A stretch of 46,736 nt of DNA, taken from Draconibacterium orientale (lineage in GTDB: Bacteria; Bacteroidota; Bacteroidia; Bacteroidales; DYQJ01). Under the pieces are notes generated by a model that did not search any database, had not been told where the DNA came from, and saw nothing but the letters and a program-made list of their open reading frames with translations. The position numbers and the translations under genes were made by a program. This document shows positions 1 through 10,017 of this stretch, one piece after another. Numbering within the stretch: position 1 is the first letter of the stretch; every line of letters starts with the position of its first letter. The stretch covers positions 1-46,736 of the forward strand of contig DYQJ01000002.1 in assembly GCA_020719345.1 (NCBI GenBank). The letters are read 5' to 3'.

Positions 1-110
1 CCTTTTTTATTGATTTTATTGTATTTAACTATTTTTTGTCATACATATTGTTATAATACTTTTATTTTTATCTATTTATGCAATTTTATGAATAAATTAA
101 GATTAAATAA

Positions 111-228
111 TATTTGTGATTTTCACGCAAAGTTGCAAAGTCGCAAAGTTTTAAAATATTGGTTTAATTTGCTTTGCATCTCTGCGTTTTTGCGTGATAA
201 TTAATTTTCCACAAAAAACATTTAAGAA
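111..228. repeat. Degenerate copy of the modular intergenic repeat family (TTCACGCA / TCGCAAAG / GCGTGATAATTAA / TTTTCCACAAAA modules)
   Basis: The string tttcacgcaaagttgcaaagtcgcaaag...tgcgtgataattaattttccacaaaaaacatttaagaa shares modules with the element at 14888-15030. Its right end resembles ttttccacaaaagtcattcaagaacc of that element. Confidence 0.5.
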
Positions 229-319
229 GTATTTATTTTTTATATCAAAATATTTTTTGTTAATATTTTTTTTACCTTTGCGCAAATTTTTATAATACAA
301 ACAAATATTAAAAAATAAT

Positions 320-1744
320 ATGGGTACAACAAATGATGTGATTAATGGTTTTTTTGGGATTGTTGAACAATACATTAATTCATTAAATGCTTTGGAAAGA
401 AAAGTAGTAGATTATAAGACGCCATCCGAACTAAAAAAAATGATTAATTTTACTATTTCATCGCAGGGAGAGGACTATCAAAATATTTTTCAATATATTA
501 ATAGTTATTTAGATTATAGTGTAGCAACCGGTAATAAACAGTTTTTTAATCAATTTTATAGTGGATTCAATTTACCTGCATTTATGGGCGAAGTATTGAC
601 AGCAATATCTAACACCTCCATGTACACTTACGAAGTCGCTCCTGTTGCAACTCTTATAGAGATGGAGATGATAAAAAAAATGTCGGAGATAGTAGGTTTC
701 AATAATGGTGACGGCATTTTTGTTACAGGCGGAAGTAATGCTAATTTGATAGCTATGTTCTCGGCTCGTAATAAGCTGTTTCCGGAAATCATGAGCATCG
801 GGATGAAACATTTGCCTCAAATGTCCCTTTTTGTCTCTGACCAGGCTCATTATTCTTTTGAGAATGCAGCCAATCTACTCGGACTTGGCACATCTTCTAT
901 TTATAGTGTCAAATCAGATATAAATGGTAGTATGTTAGTTTCTGATTTGGAAGAGAAAATATTAGAATCCCGACAAAAGAACGAAGTTCCATTCTTTGTA
1001 GTAGCCACAGCAGGAACAACTATGTTATCTTCTTTTGACCCAATCGAAGCAGTTATCGAGACCGCACACAGACATAATATCTGGTGCCATGTAGACGGCG
1101 CTTTCGGTGGCTCACTTATACTAAGTCATAAAACGCGTCATCTCTTCAATGGAGTAGAAAAAGCCGACTCTTTTGCTTGGGACCCGCACAAAATAATGAA
1201 CATACCGCTGATGTCTTCTGTCATTCTCACGCGTGAAAAAGGACGCCTTGCCAAAAATATTACGAACTTACAAGACGACTACATTTATCATGACACCGAA
1301 ACCGGAAACTATGACCTCGGCAAAAAATCTATCCAATGCGGAAGAAGAGTAGATGCACTAAAACTCTGGCTCTCATGGAAATACTATGGAGACCAAGGAT
1401 ACGGTCAAAGAATAACCCGTCTCTTAGAACTCTCCGAATATTTTGAAAATAAGATAAAAGAAAACAGCCGATTTCAACTCACAAAACCGAGACAAACACT
1501 TAACGTCTGCTTTAGATATATGCCACTTAAAGACATTAATATTGATGACTTTAATAAAAATATTCGCGAAACTTTACGGAAAACAGGTAAGACACTCGTC
1601 AATTTTGGAATTATAGACAACCGATTCACATTCCGTTGGGTCGTCTCAAATCCGGAAGTCACTGAAAAAGACATAGACATCTTTTTTGACAATTTTTTAA
1701 CCACAGCAGACCAATTAGAAGATAACATGCAAACAATAAATTAA
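320..1744 (+). CDS. PLP-dependent group II amino-acid decarboxylase (GAD/CSAD/aspartate-decarboxylase-like)
   Basis: 474-aa ORF. WDPHKIMNIPLMSS matches the NPHK PLP-lysine motif of GAD65/CSAD-type decarboxylases, and HVDGAFGG is also present. A TAccTTTG -7 box lies at 273-280. Confidence 0.85.
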   Translation: MGTTNDVINGFFGIVEQYINSLNALERKVVDYKTPSELKKMINFTISSQGEDYQNIFQYINSYLDYSVATGNKQFFNQFYSGFNLPAFMGEVLTAISNTSMYTYEVAPVATLIEMEMIKKMSEIVGFNNGDGIFVTGGSNANLIAMFSARNKLFPEIMSIGMKHLPQMSLFVSDQAHYSFENAANLLGLGTSSIYSVKSDINGSMLVSDLEEKILESRQKNEVPFFVVATAGTTMLSSFDPIEAVIETAHRHNIWCHVDGAFGGSLILSHKTRHLFNGVEKADSFAWDPHKIMNIPLMSSVILTREKGRLAKNITNLQDDYIYHDTETGNYDLGKKSIQCGRRVDALKLWLSWKYYGDQGYGQRITRLLELSEYFENKIKENSRFQLTKPRQTLNVCFRYMPLKDINIDDFNKNIRETLRKTGKTLVNFGIIDNRFTFRWVVSNPEVTEKDIDIFFDNFLTTADQLEDNMQTIN

Positions 1745-1746
1745 TT

Positions 1747-2697
1747 ATGGAGAAAGAAAAAAATAAAACAGGAACAGCTATTGCCCTTGCATGGCCTCGG
1801 ACATATTGTAAACGTGCAAATAACTGGTACGACGGAGTATTAAAAATATTAGGTATAAATGAAAATGATTATTACAGAGTAGGACATGCTGCAGTGGTTC
1901 TGGTAGACAAAAATACGAATAAATGTCATTATTTTGATTTCGGAAGGTATCACGCACCATTCAACCATGGACGTGTGCGAAGCGGCGAAACAGATGCCGA
2001 GTTAGACATAAAAACGAAGGCAATTTATAAAGACAATAAAATTATTAATATAGAAGACATCCTAAAAGAGATGCAAAGTAGAGAAGCGTATCATGGAGAA
2101 TCGCAACTATACTCATCGGTCACTGATGTTAATTTTGAATCTGCTTATAAAATGGCTTTACATTTGCAAGAGGTCAGTCCTATTTATTATGGACCATTTG
2201 TCTGGCGAGGACAAAATTGCTCCCGATTTGTGAACACCGTACTAAGAGCCGGAAAACCTAAATTTTGGCAATGGTTTAAATTACGTTTTGTTAATCCACT
2301 AACGCCCACTCCGATGCGAAATGTGAAAGCGCTATACGATGTCAGAAGTACCGAAAAACAATATAAAGAAATCCTCTTCATCCCGCCGACACTTAACAAT
2401 ACGCAATTACATTCTACTTTGCTGACTCCGGTCAAGCATCCTTCTATTCCGGAATCTTCGCAATGGCTAAGTGGTGAAGGAGCCGGTTCGTGGTACCATA
2501 TCCAAGCAAACAAAGAAATCATCAAGACGACAAGCTACACTCCCGAAGGAAGAATAGAATGGGAAGCGGTTTATAAGAATAAAGATAATTATATCTTAGA
2601 TATTACCAAAAAGTTCACCGTAACTTATAACAGCAATTATAAAATAATAACACTAATAATTGAAGATAAAAAAATTATCTTCCAACGTATTAATTAA
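1747..2697 (+). CDS. Hypothetical protein with a possible permuted papain-like (LRAT / NlpC-P60, His-then-Cys) core
   Basis: 316-aa ORF starting 2 nt after the decarboxylase stop. VGHAAVVLVD followed later by GQNCSRFVNTVLRAG resembles the NCEHF catalytic-Cys motif of LRAT/H-rev107 proteins. The functional assignment is inference. Confidence 0.55.
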   Translation: MEKEKNKTGTAIALAWPRTYCKRANNWYDGVLKILGINENDYYRVGHAAVVLVDKNTNKCHYFDFGRYHAPFNHGRVRSGETDAELDIKTKAIYKDNKIINIEDILKEMQSREAYHGESQLYSSVTDVNFESAYKMALHLQEVSPIYYGPFVWRGQNCSRFVNTVLRAGKPKFWQWFKLRFVNPLTPTPMRNVKALYDVRSTEKQYKEILFIPPTLNNTQLHSTLLTPVKHPSIPESSQWLSGEGAGSWYHIQANKEIIKTTSYTPEGRIEWEAVYKNKDNYILDITKKFTVTYNSNYKIITLIIEDKKIIFQRIN

Positions 2698-2704
2698 ATC
2701 ATTT

Positions 2705-2756
2705 AGAACTATTTAGATTTGACAACTTTTTTTAAAGTTGTCAAATCAATAGTTCT
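2705..2756 (+). terminator. Long hairpin (9 bp + 14 bp stem, 4-nt loop) 8 nt after the stop of the 1747-2697 gene
   Basis: agaactatt(2705-2713) pairs with aatagttct(2748-2756). gatttgacaacttt(2716-2729) pairs with aaagttgtcaaatc(2734-2747). Confidence 0.6.
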
Positions 2757-2873
2757 TACGGGTTAGCAAATTTCCATTTTTCAATACAGAAAAACAGGTG
2801 GTTGATTGGTATTTAGCTCCCCATTTTTAATTGTAATTTTATAATATTCTTCAGTAGAAATAAACAAACAATT

Positions 2874-3024
2874 GGCATCTTTCATAACCGCTTAAAAGTA
2901 GGTTACTATTTTTTCTTTGCGAAACTCTGCGAGAAATTGATAATCAAATATTTCACGCAGAATCTCGCAAAGGTAAAAACGCAAAATTTCGCAAAGAAGT
3001 GTAACCTAATAAATGAAACATGCC
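2874..3024 (+). mobile_element. MITE-like element, copy A (12-bp terminal inverted repeats GGCATCTTTCAT / ATGAAACATGCC)
   Basis: Near-identical, in inverted orientation, to 36027-36189. Internal modules are ctttgcgaaactctgcgagaaattgataatcaaatatttcacgcag. The six-frame ORF 2937-3125 is a translation of this repeat. Confidence 0.7.
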
Positions 3025-3058
3025 CTATTTACCTTATTTGTTTTTACACTCAAATAAT

Positions 3059-3107
3059 TTATACTATAAACGGCAACTTTGCCAAAGTTTTAATTACCAA
3101 ACAATTA
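3059..3107. repeat. Palindromic repeat family 2 (TTATACTATAAACGGCAACTTTGCCAAAGTTTTAATTAC)
   Basis: The same ~48-nt string recurs at 31457-31504. Partial copies lie at 31502-31530 and 33686-33747, and a related hairpin at 13716-13740. Confidence 0.65.
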
Positions 3108-3191
3108 CATAAGAATAAAAGTTAAAATTATACCCGTTTTGAGTATATATTGTTTTATTTGTACATTACCGTAAATAGTATATTTCAAAAA

Positions 3192-4124
3192 TTAGAAGTC
3201 TGTTTCTTGTTTCATTACCACTCCGCCTGTTTGCTCTACCCATATAGTAAATCGTTGTCCTTTGCAGAGGTCAACAAAAGTATGCGGGGCAGCTTCGTAA
3301 TAGCTTCGTATTCCGTTTAGTCGGGCTTCGCTGTCGTTATTAATAATTTGGAAAAGTTCTTTAACGCGGGTATTAAAAGTGTCATGATTCATTCCGTAAA
3401 CTCCTGCTTCTTTCTTATGAAATATGTATGGGACATTATTGGTGTCTGCCACATTAAGTTTTATACCTTCACTGCTGGGAACTTTGTTAGAAAAAATCTT
3501 AATAGGAAGGACTATATTTTGTTTATTTTCGGTTTCTATGAGACTATAATCAAAATTAATTACCTTAGATAACAAATAGATGTCATTACCTTTAATGGTG
3601 ATATTTTGTTGCTGGTCAATATAGTCGTTGATAGAGTTGTCAAAATAGCTGACCGTAAGCGAGGTAATCTCTTTTTCTTGGTCGTAGTTTGTAATTTCTA
3701 TAGTAGCGACTTTATAATTAGCATCTAATTGTTTTATAACTAATTGCATTTCTTGTATTTTGGTTTGATTTTCCATAAATTCGTTGACCGAGCTAATTGA
3801 TGCGGAGAATCCTACAATACCGGAAAGAAATAGCACTGTTATCAGCAGTACGGGAAGGTTCGCAAAAATTCGGTATCCTATTTCAGCTATTGTGCTAATA
3901 GTGATATAAGAAAATTCAGTTATTGGCATTGGCGGTTTATTTGCGGCACGATTTGCAAGTTTTCTTACTCTGACAGCGTCTGAGAGTTTAAAGACTAATA
4001 GAGTAAAAACGAGCAACATTGAAATAACTATTCCCTTAGTAGTAGTAAATAAAAAAATTAAGACCTGAGATACAGGACTAAGGAACCAGTTTATATTATT
4101 TAACATTTCTAAAGAGTCGTTCAT
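3192..4124 (-). CDS. Hypothetical membrane protein (N-terminal hydrophobic segments plus a soluble domain)
   Basis: 310-aa ORF starting 11 nt after the sensor kinase stop. At least three hydrophobic stretches (LIFLFTTTKGIVISMLLVFTLLVF, LPVLLITVLFLSGIVGF). No motif recognised. Confidence 0.6.
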   Translation of the reverse strand: MNDSLEMLNNINWFLSPVSQVLIFLFTTTKGIVISMLLVFTLLVFKLSDAVRVRKLANRAANKPPMPITEFSYITISTIAEIGYRIFANLPVLLITVLFLSGIVGFSASISSVNEFMENQTKIQEMQLVIKQLDANYKVATIEITNYDQEKEITSLTVSYFDNSINDYIDQQQNITIKGNDIYLLSKVINFDYSLIETENKQNIVLPIKIFSNKVPSSEGIKLNVADTNNVPYIFHKKEAGVYGMNHDTFNTRVKELFQIINNDSEARLNGIRSYYEAAPHTFVDLCKGQRFTIWVEQTGGVVMKQETDF

Positions 4125-4135
4125 AACTATATGTA

Positions 4136-6700
4136 TTATTGATTATTAATTTCTTTATTGATTTCGGTTAAAGCCAGATTCCATATACTTTTTAAATTAG
4201 ATATTTGTTCGGTTAATTCGTTAATATTGGTTTTATTGGTTGCTATTTCTTCTATTTTTTTTGCTATCTCTCTAAGTTCTTTTGCTCCTATATAATTGAA
4301 CGTAGATTTCAAAGTGTGCGCTATTGTTCTTAGGACGTCCCATTTTTCTTTATAAAACGATTTCTCCATTTCTATTAATTGGTTCGGTACATTTTGTTGG
4401 CAAAGACTTAAAATATAGTCTATTTTTTTCTTATCGTTCTTGTACATTTGTCTTAAGAGGGACAAATCTATAATATTATAATTATTATACAAAATAAGAT
4501 GGTCATTATTATTTTTTTCTTCGTCTCTTTTAAAATTTCTTTTTGTTAGACGATATATGTGTTGTATTATTTCTTTGTCAATTAGCGGTTTGGTTAAGAA
4601 GACGTTCATGCCTGCTTCTAAGCTTTTGTTTACTTCGTCTTTTATGGCATGCGCAGATAGTCCGATGATAGGAATTTGATTTTTTGGTGTCGGCATCTTA
4701 GTGCGAATGAATTTAGTTGCCTCGTTACCGTCAATGTTAGGCATTCTTATGTCCATGATGATAATATCATATTCCTGATTTTCTAACATTTTAATGGCAA
4801 TTTGTCCGTCTTGTGCGGTGTCAATTTTTATGTTAGGTTCGTAGAGGTTTAGCGTATCTAATAATAGTTTTGTATTTATTGCGTCATCTTCGGCGATTAG
4901 GATTCGCAAATTAGCGAAGTCCATCTTTTCTGCTTTATGTTCGGTTGTTTCTTCTTTTTGGGCATTTTCGTTTTCGTATTCATTAGAAATAATCGGTAGC
5001 GTGAAAAAAAATGTAGTTCCTTTTTTTTGTTCCGATTTGAACCATATTTTTCCGCCCATTTCTTCTATTAAGTGTTTACTTATAGATAGTCCGAGTCCCG
5101 TTCCGCCGGGGTTTCGCACCTCCGAGTCAAGAATTTGTCCGAATCGGCTAAAAATGATGTTGTGTTTGTCCTCCGGTATTCCTATTCCTGAGTCTTGCAC
5201 GTAGAATTTAATTGTGTTGTTATCAACATATTGATATCCAAATTCTATGTGTCCGGTTTCAGTGAATTTCAAAGAATTAGAGAGCAAATTAGTAAAAATT
5301 TGCTTAAAACGGTTGCAGTCGGTATAAATACCAAAATTAGGGTCTTGATTTTCTTTGAACAATCGTATTTCTAAGTGGTCTTTTTCTTTGAGTGCTTTTT
5401 GTTTATTTGTATTATCTAAGAGTTCGTCCAGTATTTTATTTACTCGGCATTTAGATTTTTTAATTAGTATTTGTCCGGCTTCTATCTTAGCTACGTCGAT
5501 GATGTCGTTAATTAGACTAAGCAAATTGTTTCCGCTGTTCTCTATGTAAGCGAAATATTCTTGTCGTTGGTTTTTAGAGAGTTCGTGTTTGGCGAGGAGT
5601 TTAGAGAATCCGAGTATAGCATTTAGCGGTGTTCGTATCTCATGCGAGATGTTGGCGAGGAATGCCGATTTCAGTCGGTCGGATTCTTCGGCTTTGTCCT
5701 TAGCAATGAGTAAGTTTTCAGCATAAGATTTTAGTTCTTGTTCAAATTTTTTTCTCTCCAATGCGATAGCGATATGCTCGGAGATGAATGCAAGTAGTTC
5801 CACGTCTTTTTCGGTGAAGACATTTTTTGTTTTGTAATTTTGCACTACCATGACTCCGATTGTTTTGTCTCGTGTTTTTAGCGGGACTCCGAGCCACGAT
5901 GGTGATGGTGTTCCTACCATTTCTACCTCGCCGTTTTTAATAAGTTCATTATCAATATATTCGGAGAGCAGAAGCGGTTTACCTTTTCTTCGGACGTAGT
6001 CTGTCAGACTTTTTTTGAGGGACTGCGGTTTTATTTTACTTATCTCGTCATATTTGTCCACGTAAAACGGGAAGCTGTAGATGTCATTAGCTTCGTCATA
6101 AAGTGCTACATAGAAATTTGTTGTGTCAATAATTTGAGTTAATTGCTGATGTATGAAGCTGACGAGTTCATTAATATTTGCTACCGAGTGGACGATTTCG
6201 TAGATGTCCAATAATATTTGCCATATTTTTACGGAGCGCGTAGTTTCAGTTATATCTATATAATAAACTATTGCGCCAATTATTTGATTATTATTATTGT
6301 AGAGCGGTCGATAGACATCTTTATAATAATATCTTTGTGCGTTCTTTAAATAATCTCCTACTTGGAAAAATTCTTCGCTGTTAAGCGCGCGTTTTAGCTC
6401 TAATTCTAAATTTCGGGTGTCGGTATAGTTTTTCAAGGTCTCTACAATATTCATTCCGGTAGTAATTTCTTTTCCGATAGTCGCTTTGATATGTTGCAAA
6501 TAATTGTTATTGAAAGCGATGAAGTTTAATTTTTTATCTACCGCGAAAATAATTGTTTCGTCTGGTATTTCTATGACCGAGTTGACTAATATCTGCAAGT
6601 CTTTTAAGTTCATGCTCTGCATCTCGTTTTTTTCATCTTGCAATAGCAAGACTTGTTTTTCCAGTTCGTTGATGCGTGTTATTAATTCGTTATTTTCCAT
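4136..6700 (-). CDS. Hybrid sensor histidine kinase (coiled coil-PAS-GAF-HisKA-HATPase-REC-HPt)
   Basis: H-box SHEIRTPLNAILGF. G-boxes DSGIGIP and GGTGLGLSI. Receiver IIIMDIRMPNIDG...LSAH. C-terminal HPt AHTLKSTFNYIGA. Confidence 0.9.
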   Translation of the reverse strand: MENNELITRINELEKQVLLLQDEKNEMQSMNLKDLQILVNSVIEIPDETIIFAVDKKLNFIAFNNNYLQHIKATIGKEITTGMNIVETLKNYTDTRNLELELKRALNSEEFFQVGDYLKNAQRYYYKDVYRPLYNNNNQIIGAIVYYIDITETTRSVKIWQILLDIYEIVHSVANINELVSFIHQQLTQIIDTTNFYVALYDEANDIYSFPFYVDKYDEISKIKPQSLKKSLTDYVRRKGKPLLLSEYIDNELIKNGEVEMVGTPSPSWLGVPLKTRDKTIGVMVVQNYKTKNVFTEKDVELLAFISEHIAIALERKKFEQELKSYAENLLIAKDKAEESDRLKSAFLANISHEIRTPLNAILGFSKLLAKHELSKNQRQEYFAYIENSGNNLLSLINDIIDVAKIEAGQILIKKSKCRVNKILDELLDNTNKQKALKEKDHLEIRLFKENQDPNFGIYTDCNRFKQIFTNLLSNSLKFTETGHIEFGYQYVDNNTIKFYVQDSGIGIPEDKHNIIFSRFGQILDSEVRNPGGTGLGLSISKHLIEEMGGKIWFKSEQKKGTTFFFTLPIISNEYENENAQKEETTEHKAEKMDFANLRILIAEDDAINTKLLLDTLNLYEPNIKIDTAQDGQIAIKMLENQEYDIIIMDIRMPNIDGNEATKFIRTKMPTPKNQIPIIGLSAHAIKDEVNKSLEAGMNVFLTKPLIDKEIIQHIYRLTKRNFKRDEEKNNNDHLILYNNYNIIDLSLLRQMYKNDKKKIDYILSLCQQNVPNQLIEMEKSFYKEKWDVLRTIAHTLKSTFNYIGAKELREIAKKIEEIATNKTNINELTEQISNLKSIWNLALTEINKEINNQ

Positions 6701-6705
6701 AGTTT

Positions 6706-9700
6706 TTAGAATTTCATTCTATCAAATAAGTGATGAATAATTTGTTTATCATTTACCAGGAGATTAAAATATTCAAATCTGTTAATAAAACCTACATGTG
6801 CGGCTTTGTCCACCGTAAGTTCTTCTACACTTTGAGGAACTTGTAAACCCTTAATAATGACGTCGTTTTTCATAAAAGCGGTGTCTCCTGTTTTTTTGTC
6901 GCTATAAATAATACTTCCTTTGATGAGTAGTATAATATCTTCGCTTCCGTTGTTGTTCTTAAAAAAGATTTTATCACCCTTTTTTTTGCGGCTGGTATTT
7001 ACCAGCGCAGCAAGTTTGACGAGCGATTTTTCGGGGACGGTATAAAACAAAAATATCCGTTTCAAGAGTTTGACTCGGTCAGACAGTACTCCGGCAGATT
7101 CGGTCTGCCTGAGGACATCTATGAGTTTTTGTTTATTAGCTGACATGTTTTTCAAATAATTAATGCACATTATAGGACTGTGTTCGTAAATAATTTTTGC
7201 TGCGGTAGAATAAATGAGCTCGGAGTTGTGATATAAAGTGACAAAAATTTCATCCGGTATATCATCTTTATTAATAAGTTTCAATATATTACGGGCATTT
7301 TCTTCAGTCCAAGTAGTGTTGTCATCATATTGAACTATTATTTTTTCTTCGGTTGCGTCATTTCCGTTCTTTTTGAGTAATTTACCAAAAAGTTCTAATG
7401 CTTTGGTTTGTGTCCAGATATCCACTTTTTTATAATCTTTTAAAATAATATCTTTGAGGCGTTCGTTAAATTCCAATTCAGGCACATAAAAATATGGCAT
7501 GAGTTTTTTTATACGTTGCTTAACTGTTATTTTATCAAACAGCGGAATTATAACATGTTTAATATCTTTTGCGATGAAGTTGTCAATTATTTCCAGCGCA
7601 AATATAGTATTTTCACCGATAATATTTGTTTTTATCAAGTCTATTGTTTCAGGCGGATGGATAAAACTTAATAAATAAAATAAAAGTTCAAAAGTATTTT
7701 CTTTTTCCAGGTCAAGTGATTGCATCAGTTTTAGCGTGTTTTTTTGCGATTCTATGTCTTTAATAGAAACGAGTAGCCACAAAATATTTTCAGATATCTC
7801 CACAATTTTATTTTTAATAATAGGTGTCGTCTCTTGATTTGCTGTATATTCACAATAGCTAAGCCCGATGATGACAGCACGTTGCACCTCTCTGTCGGGA
7901 TAGTTGATGTGAGATATTAAATAATTCTCTGCAACATTAAAGCCAATTTTGGCATATATTTCTATTATTTTTAACAAGATAGTATTATCTGCTTTTTCAT
8001 CAAAATATTTATCTATAACAGGAATAATATCATTTCCTATTTCAACAAAAATATTTATGAGCAAATTATTATATTCGGGATTTTTAAATATTTCTACTAA
8101 TTTTATGAGTAGGAGTTTAGTTTTTCGTTTGCTTGCAATTTTGATGGCAGCGAGTTTTATTGCTTTATCTTCTTCTTCTAAGAGTCGTAGAATTATTGGC
8201 TCGTCGTTCTCCATCTCGTTTTTAAATAAGTACTTAGTTAATTTTATCTTTTCGCGGTATATGTCGGAGTTGATAAATGTCTCTAATTCTTTTTGTGTTA
8301 TGCTGTTAATTTCTGTATAGTCAAGGTGAAACAACGAAGTAAGAATAAGTTTATGTAGTTCGCGTTCTTTAAAATCAATATTGTTACCAATTTGTTCTAT
8401 TGTATTGCTAATTCGTTTGTTATAAGTAGGGTCAATATTTTTAAGTATCATTTTTCGTATCAAACGGTCATCTACTTTGAGTAAGAAATTGGCATACGCT
8501 TCTAAGCTTCGCGGATATGTTTGCGCCAAGACGACAATAGAAAATTTTGCTGCATTAATATCTTCGCCGAGCAGATATTTTTCAAGTATCTGACTGCCAA
8601 AGACTTCTTCGCCGGTGAGTTCAATTTTAAACATCTTCTTTTCAGCGAGAATTTGTCTCAGTTTTTCTTTATATGCGTTATATAATCTAAATGTAACAAA
8701 TCCCCAAAAGACGATAATAGGCAATACCATTAGTGGAAAATAATTGAGTTTAAAGACTCCGTCTTCGGTTAATAATTTAGTTATCAAGAGTAAGATGCCT
8801 CCGGCAATTGCGATAGAAAGCTGCATAACTACTCCTATTCGTGTCTGCACAAATAGTTTTTGTCTCTCCGGCAGAGTTTGATACAAGACATTGAAAGCTG
8901 GGTCATCTAATCCGCGTCTGAGTATTCTCTCCAACGATTTATTTAAAGTTATAAAAGCTAAGAAAGCGATGCTTGTAATTCCAAAAATTGTCTCACTTAG
9001 GTACGCCAGAATCATCAGTGTCGCAATGGAAATAGGCATTATAACTAATCCCAATTTGACTCCCCAACGACTGAGCAGTCTACTGGACAAAATAGATAAC
9101 AGCAGTTCGCCAACTTTCAAAGCGCCGAAGACGATTGATAGAAACAAGGCAACTTGTTTTTTATCACTAAAAATATGCTCGTGATTTTTTATAGTAACCA
9201 AAAACGCATAATCAGATATGTATATTGCAATGGTAGAGAGAGTTGCCGAGAGAATAATAAAGACGAAGAAACGTTTTCGCAGCAATCCCCATAAACTTTT
9301 ATCTTGTATTTCGGTTTCTTCTGAGATTTCTTCGGCTTTAACTTCTTTTGGGGAGTCGGGAAATTTTTTGAAAATTATTATCACTACAATAAAGCTTATT
9401 ACAAGTCCTATCGTTCCAATGATAATCAAATCATACTGGTGCGAAAGCGATTTGAGGAACAACGGAATTAAAAAATAACCGATGATAGATGCAATAATTC
9501 CCCCGATATTGATAATACCAAAATATTTTTTTACTTGAATTAGGTTTAACAGTCTGATAACCAGACCACCGGTAACGATAGCCACCAGCGCAATAATGGG
9601 CCAAGCCCAGATGAAGACAAAAAAGCTAAGCAATTTTTGATAATAGCGATATTCTTCTATGCTGACGTCGCGCTCGTATATTTCAAATATAGTTAATCCG

Positions 9701-10017
9701 AAGCGCGAGATTAGCGAGATTAATAACATGAAGATAATGGCGCCGAAAAATAAGTACTTACTATTCTTAGCATTTTTTTGAATATACGAATACGCATAGG
9801 TGCTAATATATCCCGCCACTCCGGCGAGTAGATATGCAAAAGGAAGATATGTAGTTCCTACATTTTCTAAAAATTCGGAATTAGAAGGGACAAAATAAAA
9901 AGCCACGAACAGTCCTAACGCGAAGGAGAATGCAAAAAGCAACACTATCTTAGTGAAATCTTTTTGCGGAATGTTAATCTTGTCGTATATAGTTTGTTCG
10001 CCTCTGAATAGTCTCAT
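6706..10017 (-). CDS. Large multidomain membrane protein: polytopic N-terminal transporter-like domain, HEAT/ARM-like repeats, C-terminal cyclic-nucleotide-binding-like domain
   Basis: 1103-aa ORF with about 10-12 hydrophobic segments in the first ~450 aa. A long helical repeat region follows. The C-terminus (GDKIFFKNNNGSEDIILLIKGSIIY...) resembles a CAP-family effector domain. Its ATG overlaps the Nramp stop (ATGA at 10014-10017). Confidence 0.65.
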   Translation of the reverse strand: MRLFRGEQTIYDKINIPQKDFTKIVLLFAFSFALGLFVAFYFVPSNSEFLENVGTTYLPFAYLLAGVAGYISTYAYSYIQKNAKNSKYLFFGAIIFMLLISLISRFGLTIFEIYERDVSIEEYRYYQKLLSFFVFIWAWPIIALVAIVTGGLVIRLLNLIQVKKYFGIINIGGIIASIIGYFLIPLFLKSLSHQYDLIIIGTIGLVISFIVVIIIFKKFPDSPKEVKAEEISEETEIQDKSLWGLLRKRFFVFIILSATLSTIAIYISDYAFLVTIKNHEHIFSDKKQVALFLSIVFGALKVGELLLSILSSRLLSRWGVKLGLVIMPISIATLMILAYLSETIFGITSIAFLAFITLNKSLERILRRGLDDPAFNVLYQTLPERQKLFVQTRIGVVMQLSIAIAGGILLLITKLLTEDGVFKLNYFPLMVLPIIVFWGFVTFRLYNAYKEKLRQILAEKKMFKIELTGEEVFGSQILEKYLLGEDINAAKFSIVVLAQTYPRSLEAYANFLLKVDDRLIRKMILKNIDPTYNKRISNTIEQIGNNIDFKERELHKLILTSLFHLDYTEINSITQKELETFINSDIYREKIKLTKYLFKNEMENDEPIILRLLEEEDKAIKLAAIKIASKRKTKLLLIKLVEIFKNPEYNNLLINIFVEIGNDIIPVIDKYFDEKADNTILLKIIEIYAKIGFNVAENYLISHINYPDREVQRAVIIGLSYCEYTANQETTPIIKNKIVEISENILWLLVSIKDIESQKNTLKLMQSLDLEKENTFELLFYLLSFIHPPETIDLIKTNIIGENTIFALEIIDNFIAKDIKHVIIPLFDKITVKQRIKKLMPYFYVPELEFNERLKDIILKDYKKVDIWTQTKALELFGKLLKKNGNDATEEKIIVQYDDNTTWTEENARNILKLINKDDIPDEIFVTLYHNSELIYSTAAKIIYEHSPIMCINYLKNMSANKQKLIDVLRQTESAGVLSDRVKLLKRIFLFYTVPEKSLVKLAALVNTSRKKKGDKIFFKNNNGSEDIILLIKGSIIYSDKKTGDTAFMKNDVIIKGLQVPQSVEELTVDKAAHVGFINRFEYFNLLVNDKQIIHHLFDRMKF

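Noticed and set aside
2937-3125. Six-frame ORFs 2937-3125 and 36013-36210 encode similar peptides (IIKYFTQxLAKVKTQxFAKKCNLINETCPI), which suggests a conserved small protein.
   Set aside because: The similarity is a by-product of translating the same MITE. The ORFs have no start context, run past the element ends into unrelated sequence, and are of low complexity.
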